Shown here: positions 44,281-52,101 of the stretch, piece after piece | Position numbering within the stretch: position 1 is the first letter of the stretch | Layout of the letters: each line of letters starts with the position of its first letter | From: Phycisphaerae bacterium | GTDB lineage: Bacteria > Planctomycetota > Phycisphaerae > SM23-33 | Length of the DNA stretch: 64,000 nt | Assembly: GCA_009783465.1 (NCBI GenBank) | Contig: WRDM01000011.1 | Coordinates: 2,911-66,910, forward strand | Direction of reading: 5' to 3' | Made by a program: the position numbers and the translations under genes | Notes under the pieces: generated by a model | Databases searched by the model: none | What the model saw: the letters and a program-made list of their open reading frames with translations, nothing else | Told to the model about the DNA's origin: nothing

Positions 44281-44537
44281 TTTTTACCACAGAGGCACAG
44301 AGGAGAAGAGCCACAAGCCACAAGCCACAAGCCACAAGGTATGGCTCGTCTGATGTAAACAAGACCATACTGATGAAGTGACAAAATGTCTTTGGCGTTT
44401 TCGTTATTCATGCCGTAACCATCAAAATTGCATTCATTCCTCTGCTTTCGCCGTCGTCGTCCCTTACCTCGTGGCTCGTGGCTAGGCTCTGTCTCAAAAC
44501 TAGTGGCTTTTTTCTTTCTGTGCCTCTGTGGTAAAAA
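44281..44537. repeat. Nested hairpin repeat (outer arms ttaccacagaggcacagag; inner 7-nt gccacaa arms; conserved core), copy 1
   Basis: Outer arms 44281-44302 and 44518-44537 pair. The inner arm gccacaagccacaagccacaagccacaagg (44310-44339) pairs with ccttacctcgtggctcgtggctagg. The core ggtatggc...gttttcgtt.ttca.gc...cgtcgtcg.cccttacct is shared with 47158-47337. Confidence 0.85.
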
Positions 44538-44547
44538 GAATCTCGCC

Positions 44548-47148
44548 TCACGGCAGTTTCCACACCTGGACCCGATCGTTTCCGCCGTCCACCACGTAGG
44601 CCATGTTGTCGTCGTCGATCGCGACGGCCCAGGGGTAACTGAGTTGTCCCAGTTCGCGTCCGGCTGAACCCAGTGAAGCGATTGCCTGGCCGTCGGGCGT
44701 GAAAATCTGTACGCGGTTGTTGCCCTGTTCGACGACGACCAGCCGGCCGTCGCGCGTCAACGCCAGGCCGTACGGATATCGCAACTGCCCAGGCCCGCTG
44801 CCCGGCGAGCCGATGTAGCCCTGCAATTCACAACGGAGATTGTACACCGCGACGCGGTGATTGCACGCGTCCGTCACGTACAATCGGTCGCGGGCGGCGT
44901 CGACGGCCATCGACTGCGGCCTCGAGAACTGCCCCGCCTCCGGGCCGAACGATCCGAACGCGCCGAGGAATTTTCCTTCCGGCGTGAAGAGGTTGATGCG
45001 GTCGTTGGCGCCGTACTCGCTGACGAGCACGCGGCCGTCGGGGAGGAACGCGATGTCGGTGGGGAAGATGAATTGGCCGTCGCCCTCGCCGAAACTGCCC
45101 CACTGGCGGACGAGTTCGCCGTCACGGGAGAAGACCATGACACGGTGGCAGTGCGTGTCGGCCACGTAGATGTTTCCGTCGGGTCCGACGCTGACGCCGC
45201 AGGGTTTGCCGGCGACGATGTCGGGCATGGCGATGTCGCGCACGAAACCGCCGTCGGGGCTGAGCAGTTGGACGCGTCCGGTTTTGTCGACGACGACGAG
45301 CGTGCCGTCGGCGAAGCGGTCGATCGCGCGCGGGTAGAGGAGCTCGCCGTTGCCCGAGCCGCGTCGGCCGATCTTGCCGCGCACGTCGGGCGGGCTGTCG
45401 TGCGGACGCGAGCAGGCCGGCAGCGACACGCCCGACAGAGCGACGATCAGCAGCAGCGTCATCAGCGAGCGGCGGCGGCGAGCCAGCCGCAGCAGCAGCC
45501 ACAGGCCGATCGCGGCGGCGAGGTAGAAGCCGAATAATAGCAGGCATGCGGCGACGACTTCCTGGTCCCGCAAGGCGTGCATCTGGTTGAGGAGGTAGAG
45601 GCTGAGGCTGAAGGCGCCCGGCGGCGAGACGATCTGGCTGCCGGTGATTTCGGTCAGGCCGAGCATGAGGACGACGACGGCGGCCCCCGCGAGCGTCGGC
45701 CAGGTCGCGGGGAGATGGACGTGCCGCCAGGCCTGCCAGGGCGACGCGCCGTCGACGGCGGCGGCTTCGGCGAGCGAGCGGCTTCGCGCGTCGCGGACGG
45801 CCCAGAAGACGATCAGCGCCAGGCCGGCGAATCGCACGCCCTGGAAGAGGCTCACCAGCAGCACGCTGTCGCGCAGCGGCAACAGCCACTCGTACCGCGC
45901 GATCCACTGCGACATCGCCACCGCGACCAACCCGCCGGGAATGATGGCCACGACCAGCAGGGAGACGGCGATGAGGGCGGTGATAATGCGGCGCGGGCGG
46001 CTGCAACGTGACGCGGGCGTCTCGCCCGCGTTGTGCGTTCCATTGATTTGGTTGTTGGAATACGTCGAACCGCCTTTGCCGCTCCGCGTGGGCAAGATGC
46101 CCGCGAGACGCATGGGCGAGACGCCCTCGCCACGTGAAACGCCCGTGTCCCAAGCGATCCTTGCCAGCAGCAGCGCCACGCCGGCGCCGAGGGCGGAGAC
46201 GGCCAGCGATTGGACGTATTTATCCGCCTGGAGCGTGACGAACTGCGCGAGATAATGCGGCGACATCGTGCCGGCCAGCAACGCCAGAGGCCCCGCCAGC
46301 GTGAACAGTAGCAGGGCGGTCACGAACGTCCAGGCCCATCGTCTCGGCCGGCCTGTAAATGATTTGGCACCGCCGCCGGTGTGATCGGCCCAGCCCTTCG
46401 CCGATCGCGCCAGCGCGACGGCCAACAGCAGCGACATCGCCGCCAGCGGCACGCAGCCGGCCACCGCCGGACCGACGCGAAGCGACTGCTGCATCGCCAA
46501 CGCCAACTCCGTGCCGATCGTCGCCTGACCGGCCAAATGCAGCGACGCGAAATCGGCTAAACACAGCGCAAAACACAGCCCCGCCGCCAGCGCGGCCGGG
46601 CGGGTCATCAGCGGAGCGGCCACGTATCGCAATCGGGCGAGCGGGCGGGCATCCAGGGCGGCGGCGTCGTGCACCTCGGCGGGAATGTTTCGCCACCCCT
46701 GCGCCAACAGCAGCGCCGCCAACGGCCAATACCACAGCACCAGTGTGAACGAGGAGGAGATCCAGGCCGCCCACTCCGCCAGCGTGCGGTCGGCGGCGAC
46801 GTACTGCCCCAGCGCCGCCGTCGGCGACAGGCAGATCGCCCACGAATAATACAACACGTACTGCGGCAGCAGCACGCTCGCCAATGCCAGCACGGTCAGC
46901 CCGCCCGCCCACCGACGCGATGCCGTCGCCATCAGCCATGCCGGCACGAGCCCCAACGCCACCGCCATCGCCGCCACCATCGCCGCCAACCCCACCGACC
47001 GCGCCGCCACCGGTGACCACCAGAGCGCCAACCCCTCCGCCAGATCCGCCAGCGAAACCTGCGACACCAGCCCCGCCAACGGGACAACGACGAGGCAAGC
47101 CCAGATCGCGACGCCGAGCAGGAGCAGGATGGGTCGTAGAATGGTCAT
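44548..47148 (-). CDS. ABC transporter permease (two-domain FbpB-type) fused in frame to an NHL-repeat beta-propeller protein
   Basis: ATG at 47148 gives MTILRPILLLLGVAIWACLVV. Multiple TM segments occur in two permease halves. After LLRLARRRRSL comes an internal Met with a lipoprotein-like signal MTLLLIVALSGVSLPAC, then six NHL-type blades (YPRAI, PCGVSV, FPTDIAF, RPQSMAV, YPYGLAL, YPWAVAI). Confidence 0.8.
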   Translation of the reverse strand: MTILRPILLLLGVAIWACLVVVPLAGLVSQVSLADLAEGLALWWSPVAARSVGLAAMVAAMAVALGLVPAWLMATASRRWAGGLTVLALASVLLPQYVLYYSWAICLSPTAALGQYVAADRTLAEWAAWISSSFTLVLWYWPLAALLLAQGWRNIPAEVHDAAALDARPLARLRYVAAPLMTRPAALAAGLCFALCLADFASLHLAGQATIGTELALAMQQSLRVGPAVAGCVPLAAMSLLLAVALARSAKGWADHTGGGAKSFTGRPRRWAWTFVTALLLFTLAGPLALLAGTMSPHYLAQFVTLQADKYVQSLAVSALGAGVALLLARIAWDTGVSRGEGVSPMRLAGILPTRSGKGGSTYSNNQINGTHNAGETPASRCSRPRRIITALIAVSLLVVAIIPGGLVAVAMSQWIARYEWLLPLRDSVLLVSLFQGVRFAGLALIVFWAVRDARSRSLAEAAAVDGASPWQAWRHVHLPATWPTLAGAAVVVLMLGLTEITGSQIVSPPGAFSLSLYLLNQMHALRDQEVVAACLLLFGFYLAAAIGLWLLLRLARRRRSLMTLLLIVALSGVSLPACSRPHDSPPDVRGKIGRRGSGNGELLYPRAIDRFADGTLVVVDKTGRVQLLSPDGGFVRDIAMPDIVAGKPCGVSVGPDGNIYVADTHCHRVMVFSRDGELVRQWGSFGEGDGQFIFPTDIAFLPDGRVLVSEYGANDRINLFTPEGKFLGAFGSFGPEAGQFSRPQSMAVDAARDRLYVTDACNHRVAVYNLRCELQGYIGSPGSGPGQLRYPYGLALTRDGRLVVVEQGNNRVQIFTPDGQAIASLGSAGRELGQLSYPWAVAIDDDNMAYVVDGGNDRVQVWKLP
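46003..46136. repeat. Palindromic element inserted in frame inside the ABC permease gene
   Basis: The sequence runs gcaacgtgacgcgggcgtctcgcccgcgttgtg ... gggcaagatgcccgcgagacgcatgggcgagacgccctcgccacgtg. It is translated as RGEGVSPMRLAGILPTRSGKGGSTYSNNQINGTHNAGETPASRC, in the same frame as the mutS2 copy. Confidence 0.85.
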
Positions 47149-47157
47149 ACGTGAAAA

Positions 47158-47337
47158 GCCACTAGCCACTAGCCACCAGGTATGGCCGAACCTGTTGTGA
47201 ATAAGAACACACTGGCGGTGCGGCAACGTATCGTCAGTGTTTTCGTTGTTCACGCATACTCGTCAGACTCGCATCAACTCTTTTGCCTTCACCATCGTCG
47301 CCCCTTACCTTGTGGCTAGTGGCTTGTGGCTAGTGGC
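47158..47337. repeat. Hairpin repeat with 7-nt gccacta arms and conserved core, copy 2
   Basis: gccactagccactagccaccagg pairs with ccttaccttgtggctagtggcttgtggctagtggc. The core is collinear with 44310-44490. It lies between the permease start and the binding-protein stop. Confidence 0.85.
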
Positions 47338-47345
47338 TCGCATTC

Positions 47346-48356
47346 TTACCGCCCGAAGACAGCCTTTGCCTCGGCACGCGCCTTGTCGAGATTGTCCACG
47401 ATGGTTTCGTACGGCACGTCCAGCGGTTTGCCCAGGCCGTAGGATGCGTGCCATGCGTCGGGCATGATTGTGTGGATGGGCTGATTGCGGGCTTCGCTTT
47501 CGGCCAGGCGTTTTTCGGCGTGCTGGAGGAGGAATTCCGCCAGCAGGCGGGCCTCTTCGGTGTTCGGCCCGCCGCGAATCAACGCCACCGTGTTGGGGAA
47601 CGTCATCGCGCCGCGTCCGTTCTGATCCAGCGGGGCCATGCCGATCCGCCAGCCTTTTTCGCGCGCCTCGAAGACGTCGTCGCTGTCGGTCAGGCCGATG
47701 TCGGCACGGTTTAACGCCACTTCCAGAACGGCCTTGGAATTGCCGTCGACCAATCTCGCCCGGACGGCCAATTGCGCGAGAATGGCCCGCGTCCGCTCGT
47801 CACCGTAGTGGGCGAACCAACTGGCCACGTCGCCGCCGGTCGTGCCGAACTGCGGATTGGCCATCACCAGCCGATACGGATGGCGCCCGTCGACGACCGC
47901 CAGCAGATCCTCCAGCGACCGCGGCGCGTGATCGTCCGGCACGCGGTCCGTTGACCACGCGATCACGCGCTGCCGCAACGCAAAGCCGTGCCATTGCCCT
48001 TCAGGCCCGCGAAATTGCTCGGGCCAATTCGCCACGACCGGCGACTCCAGCGGCGCGAGCAACCCCTGACGCTGCAACTGAATCATGTACACCACTTCGT
48101 TGGACCAGAAGACATCGCAGGCGGGCTTGGCCTTCTCCGCCAGCAGGCGGTTGAACAGCCCAACAGTCTTGGCGGCCTCCGAATCGCAAACGCGATCCAC
48201 GCGGATGCCGGTCTGTTTCTCGAACTCGTCGAGAATCGGATCGGCCACCTGCACGTCGGCGGAATAATACAACACCACCCGCCGCTGCTTTTTGTCCTGG
48301 CAGGCGGCCAAGACTAACACAGGGACGAGGCAGGATAATACCAGCAAATTTTTCAT
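47346..48356 (-). CDS. ABC transporter periplasmic substrate-binding lipoprotein (iron(III)/FbpA-like family)
   Basis: ATG at 48356 gives MKNLLVLSCLVPVLVLAAC (lipobox). The pattern VVLYYSADVQVADPILDEFEKQTGIRV is typical of SBP_bac_6/FbpA-type proteins. It sits adjacent to the permease. No ATPase gene is in the window. Confidence 0.75.
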   Translation of the reverse strand: MKNLLVLSCLVPVLVLAACQDKKQRRVVLYYSADVQVADPILDEFEKQTGIRVDRVCDSEAAKTVGLFNRLLAEKAKPACDVFWSNEVVYMIQLQRQGLLAPLESPVVANWPEQFRGPEGQWHGFALRQRVIAWSTDRVPDDHAPRSLEDLLAVVDGRHPYRLVMANPQFGTTGGDVASWFAHYGDERTRAILAQLAVRARLVDGNSKAVLEVALNRADIGLTDSDDVFEAREKGWRIGMAPLDQNGRGAMTFPNTVALIRGGPNTEEARLLAEFLLQHAEKRLAESEARNQPIHTIMPDAWHASYGLGKPLDVPYETIVDNLDKARAEAKAVFGR

Positions 48357-48588
48357 GGCACTTACGATAGCATTACGCGACGGTGTACCCAAGAAAAAAC
48401 GGCGTGCGGAAATGGAGGCCAACCGGTTGTTTTCCACGAAAAATCAGATATTGTCCGCTGGGCCAGACAATTCAACCACACCCTCACTGATCACACATCA
48501 CGGCTTCCGGTTGCAATTCTCCGCCGCGTGCATACGCTGTATGGGCAGGTGGTGGCCGGTTTCGCGGTTTTTCGGTAAAGGAGAACGT

Positions 48589-49860
48589 ATGCGATATTCA
48601 CGGATTTTGTTGGCGGTTGTGGCGGCGATGGTGTGTGGGGTTGGCGGCGGGGCAATGGCAGAGGCGCTAAGGGCGACGCCCGAGGTGGTCGAGAAAGTAC
48701 GTATGGCAAAATTTGTGGACGGCATGAACGGGTTCGGGTTACAGATGTACGGCCAATTGGCGGAGGCGGAGGGCAATCTGTTTTTCTCGCCGTTGAGTCT
48801 TCACGCGGCCTTGAGCATGACGAGCGTCGGAGCGCGGGGCGAAACGCACGCGGAGATGGCGGCGGTGCTCGGCCTGCCGGGCAGCGAGGCGGAGGAGACG
48901 TCGCCGGCGGCGGTCGGGGCGTATTATAAGGCGTTTTTAGGAAAAATGCTCGCCGACGCCGCGCGCGTCAAGTCGCAGCAGTTGTCCGTCGCCAACGGGT
49001 TGTGGCTGAATAAAAAGTTCAGCCTGGTTAAAGGATTTGACGCCGCGATGCGGACGGATTTTCAGGCCGAGGCAGGCACGGCGGATTTTGCCGACACCAA
49101 GGCGGCCGCGAAGGTGGTCAACGACTGGGTCGCGAAGAAGACGAACAACCGCGTCAAGGACATCATTTCACCGGCCATGCTCAACCGCGACACGGTGCTG
49201 CTGCTGGCCAACGCGTTGTACTTCAAGGGCGCGTGGGCGGAGGAATTCGGCAAAGCCAACACCGCCGACGGCGAGTTCAAACTCGGAGGCGACAAGACGG
49301 TCAAGGCCAAGATGATGAGCCACAAGGCCGAGTTCGATTACGCCGAAACCGACGACGCGCAAGTGCTCGCGATGCCGTATGCGGGGCATCAATTTTCGAT
49401 GGTGATTGTGCTGCCGAAAAAAGTCGGCGGCCTGGCGGAGCTGGAGAAAAACCTCTCCGCCGACTCGCTGGCGGCATGGACGACATTCGAGTCGGAAGAC
49501 GTTCGCGTGACGCTGCCTCGGTTCAAGGTTACGCGGGATTTCGACGCCCGCAAGCCTCTCGAAGCGATGGGCATGACGAAGGCGTTCAGCCGCGAGGGCG
49601 GGGCGGATTTTTCCGGCATGGTGGCCGACGAGAAGGTGGCGATCAGCTTCGTGGTTCACAAGGCGTTCGTGGCCGTGGACGAGGTGGGCACGGAAGCGGC
49701 GGCGGCGACGGTGGTCGGCATCGCCAGGGCGATGGCGCCGCTGGAGCCGAAAGAACCCAAGGAATTCAAGGCGGACCATCCGTTTTTGTTCATGATCCGT
49801 CACAACCAGACGGGCGCGATCCTGTTCATTGGCAGGGTGGCGGATCCGACGAAGGAATGA
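48589..49860 (+). CDS. Serpin (serine protease inhibitor), secreted
   Basis: aaaggag lies upstream of ATG 48589. The signal peptide is MRYSRILLAVVAAMVCGVGGGAMA. The serpin motifs FSPLSLHAALSMTSVGARGET and NALYFKGAWAEEF are present. The inhibitory-type hinge EVGTEAAAATVVGIARAM is followed by DHPFLFMIRH. Confidence 0.9.
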   Translation: MRYSRILLAVVAAMVCGVGGGAMAEALRATPEVVEKVRMAKFVDGMNGFGLQMYGQLAEAEGNLFFSPLSLHAALSMTSVGARGETHAEMAAVLGLPGSEAEETSPAAVGAYYKAFLGKMLADAARVKSQQLSVANGLWLNKKFSLVKGFDAAMRTDFQAEAGTADFADTKAAAKVVNDWVAKKTNNRVKDIISPAMLNRDTVLLLANALYFKGAWAEEFGKANTADGEFKLGGDKTVKAKMMSHKAEFDYAETDDAQVLAMPYAGHQFSMVIVLPKKVGGLAELEKNLSADSLAAWTTFESEDVRVTLPRFKVTRDFDARKPLEAMGMTKAFSREGGADFSGMVADEKVAISFVVHKAFVAVDEVGTEAAAATVVGIARAMAPLEPKEPKEFKADHPFLFMIRHNQTGAILFIGRVADPTKE

Positions 49861-49869
49861 CGAAGAAGA

Positions 49870-50145
49870 CTGTAGGCTGTAGGCGCGGTGCTGGCTTATG
49901 GTGGTCCCGCTACGTAAAAACGTCTTGAAATCCGAAACAAACTCCAAAGACTCAAACGACAAAATTCCAAACGCTCTCGCTATCCATGCGTCAAAGCTCG
50001 CGGAAAGCGAGAGCGTTTGGGATTTTTCTTTTGGGCTTTGGAGTTTGTTTCGGATTTCGAGTTTCGTATTTCGGATTTGAAAACGCTCCCGCATGGCTGG
50101 ACCACCATAAGCCGGCACCGCGCCTACAGCCTACAGCCTACAGCC
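49870..50145. repeat. Composite nested hairpin: outer cctacag-family arms enclosing a gaaatcc-family element (copy 3), between convergent serpin and bioB
   Basis: Outer arm ctgtaggctgtaggcgcggtgctggcttatggtggtcc (49870-49908) pairs with ggaccaccataagccggcaccgcgcctacagcctacagcctacagcc (50099-50145). The inner element 49927-50079 is homologous to 10617-10781. The bioB stop (50138-50140) lies inside the right outer arm. Confidence 0.9.
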
Positions 50146-51130
50146 TGTCTCTCACGACGGTCATTCCCGCGTCGGCGATCATCTGGGCGTCTTGTTGTGC
50201 GGATCGGCCTGCGGTGGTGAGGTAGTCGCCGGTCATGAGGCTGCTGGCGCCGGCGTGGAAGATCCAGCTTTGCATGTCGCGGAGGTTGACGGTTCGTCCG
50301 CCGCAGAGTTTGATGTCGACGCGAGGTAGGGCCAGTCGGAAGATCGCGACGGTACGGAGGATATCTAGTGGCGGCATGGGCGGTTGATGTTCCAGCGGCG
50401 TGCCGGGGATCGGGTGGAGGAAGTTCAGCGGCGTGACGCGCGGGGCGACGTCGCGCAAGGCTAGGGCCAGGTCGATGCGGTCCTCCCAGGATTCGCCCAG
50501 CCCGAGCAGCCCGCCGCTACAGACGTCCATGCCGGCCTCCCGCGCGTTTCGAAGCGTGGCCAATCGGTTGTCGTAGGAATGGCTGGTCACGACCTGCGGG
50601 AAAAACGCTCGCGACGTTTCGAGGTTGTGGTGGTATAGAAATGTTCCCGCCTGCGCGAGTTGTTGGGCCTGTGCGGCGGTGAGTTCGCCGAGGGAGGCGC
50701 AGACGCGTAACGGCTGGGCGTTGGGGTCGCGGCGGATGGCGTCGATGGCGTCGCGCACGTCGCGGAGGTCGGCGTCGGTGGGGCGTCGGCCCGAGTTGAC
50801 GATCCCGAGGCAGGCCGCGCCGGCTCGCACGGCGTTGCGGGCGGCCTGAACGATCTGTTCACGCGGCGTGCGGGTGGATGATTCCCGTCCCAGCGGCCCC
50901 AGCCGCGATTGCGAACACCAGCGGCAGTCCTCGCTGCATCCGCCAAGCCGCCCCGGCACGATGCAGCACAGCGTCACCGCGTCGCCCATGAAGTGCCGCC
51001 GCACACGATTGGCCGCGGCGAAAAGCTCCATCGGGCACGGCCTGGACAACTCCAGCGCACGCAACAACTCCGGCCGGCCCAGGGAATCGCCGTCCAGCAC
51101 GCGATGCGTGATCGTGGTTAGGTTATCCAC
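50138..51130 (-). CDS. bioB: Biotin synthase
   Basis: The radical-SAM motif CSEDCRWCSQS is present, with BioB-like downstream motifs (CASLGELT, YHHNLETS, VCSGGLLGLGES). The apparent start is GTG at 51130. Confidence 0.9.
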   Translation of the reverse strand: MDNLTTITHRVLDGDSLGRPELLRALELSRPCPMELFAAANRVRRHFMGDAVTLCCIVPGRLGGCSEDCRWCSQSRLGPLGRESSTRTPREQIVQAARNAVRAGAACLGIVNSGRRPTDADLRDVRDAIDAIRRDPNAQPLRVCASLGELTAAQAQQLAQAGTFLYHHNLETSRAFFPQVVTSHSYDNRLATLRNAREAGMDVCSGGLLGLGESWEDRIDLALALRDVAPRVTPLNFLHPIPGTPLEHQPPMPPLDILRTVAIFRLALPRVDIKLCGGRTVNLRDMQSWIFHAGASSLMTGDYLTTAGRSAQQDAQMIADAGMTVVRDRL

Positions 51131-51134
51131 GTCC

Positions 51135-51425
51135 CTACCGGCGTTCGAAAGACCGCCGCAGGTCGATGGAGTCGCCCATGTCGATCTGGGTGGGCGAGCC
51201 GGTTTTATTGGGCACGTAGACGATCATGCGTTGCGCGTTGACGTCGATGACGGTGACCATGTCCACCGTGTCCCGCATCGACGCCGTGCCGAGAATGTAG
51301 TCGCCGCCCTTGACCGAGGCCGACCCCGCCTGTGCGGGCGTCGTCGCGTACGAACCGATCACCAAGGCAACCAGAATCGCCGCCGAAACGCAGAGAACCA
51401 CTATTGCGATCGAATCTTTTTTCAT
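51135..51425 (-). CDS. Small N-terminally anchored protein, paralog B (unknown function)
   Basis: The protein starts MKKDSIAIVVLCVSAAILVALVIG... and contains VKGGDYILGT...VIDVNAQRMIVYV. It resembles the adjacent 90-aa protein. The stop lies 4 nt before the bioB start. Confidence 0.5.
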   Translation of the reverse strand: MKKDSIAIVVLCVSAAILVALVIGSYATTPAQAGSASVKGGDYILGTASMRDTVDMVTVIDVNAQRMIVYVPNKTGSPTQIDMGDSIDLRRSFERR

Positions 51426-51445
51426 GATAGTTCCTTTCGTGGCGG

Positions 51446-51718
51446 TTAACGGCCTCGTTTGAAATCGGCCTCGATGTCGCGACCCCGGAGTTCCACCAGC
51501 TTGCGGTCCGAGGTGCTGTAGTACCACGCCTTGAGGTTGCGGGTTTTGAGGTCGAGGATGTAAATGGCCTCACTATTCTGTCCGACTCGCCCGCTGACCT
51601 GGAGGTAGTCCGACCCGCCACGCACCTGGGCGTGGGCCGGCTCGGAATGCATCGTCAGCACCCAGACCAGCAGCCCCACGTTCAGGGCCGCCAGCGCCGC
51701 AATCACTGCCTTTTTCAT
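51446..51718 (-). CDS. Small N-terminally anchored protein, paralog A (unknown function)
   Basis: The protein starts MKKAVIAALAALNVGLLVWVLTM... and contains VRGGSDYLQVS...IYILDLKTRNLKAWYY. It has the same architecture as the downstream paralog. Confidence 0.5.
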   Translation of the reverse strand: MKKAVIAALAALNVGLLVWVLTMHSEPAHAQVRGGSDYLQVSGRVGQNSEAIYILDLKTRNLKAWYYSTSDRKLVELRGRDIEADFKRGR

Positions 51719-51831
51719 GATCGTTCTCCTTAACAGTTATTTTGCTCACTCACGCCGCCGCGCGGCGGAGGGTTCCATGCTCGACGCGTCATCGTCTCAG
51801 ACACCGGCCGGGGAGGCCTGGTTAGCCCGCG

Positions 51832-52056
51832 TTAGTCCACGTGCGACCGCTTGGCGTGTTTGAAGCCCAGCACGCCCGTGCATCCAAGAAAGATCACGAT
51901 GCACAGCAGGCCGAACCAGTTGATCGTGTATCCGGTGGCGCCTTCGGTCTTTGGCGGGTCGAACCCGTCGCCAGCCGCCCAGGCGAATCCCGCCGCAAAA
52001 ACCGCCATCACCGTCGCCGCCGCCATCGCCGTGAATTTGGTCGTCATGCGGTTCAT
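51832..52056 (-). CDS. Small membrane protein (signal peptide plus C-terminal TM anchor), unknown function
   Basis: The protein starts MNRMTTKFTAMAAATVMAVFAAGFAWAAG and ends NWFGLLCIVIFLGCTGVLGFKHAKRSH. The start is uncertain (52056 or 52047). Confidence 0.4.
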   Translation of the reverse strand: MNRMTTKFTAMAAATVMAVFAAGFAWAAGDGFDPPKTEGATGYTINWFGLLCIVIFLGCTGVLGFKHAKRSHVD

Positions 52057-52101
52057 TATACTTTCCGTCGGGCGACATGCAATTGGCTTTCGGAAGACAG
52101 C

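Noticed and set aside
44310-44339. Tandem short repeats (gccacaa x4, and similar arrays elsewhere) considered as a possible CRISPR or minisatellite.
   Set aside because: The units are only 7-8 nt long with no spacers, and each array is matched by a complementary array nearby. They are hairpin arms, not CRISPR repeats. No cas genes are present.
38572-44358. Plus-strand ORFs 38572-40224 (550 aa) and 41392-44358 (988 aa).
   Set aside because: These are antisense to mutS2 and the VWA-domain gene. Their composition is biased (G/R/V/D/A) with no motifs, whereas the minus-strand frames carry Walker and MIDAS motifs.
45460-45462. Considered splitting the permease-NHL ORF into two annotated genes.
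   Set aside because: No stop codon separates the two parts in the sequence as given, so I annotate one ORF and report the internal start and fusion as a finding instead.
47237-47467. Small ORFs translated from repeat arms, e.g. ...PYLVASGLWLVA... at 47237-47467 and ...PYLVACGLWLVAL... at 43883-44368.
   Set aside because: The shared peptide arises because both read through gccacNa-type arms on opposite strands. The ORFs have no start context and overlap real genes or their stops.
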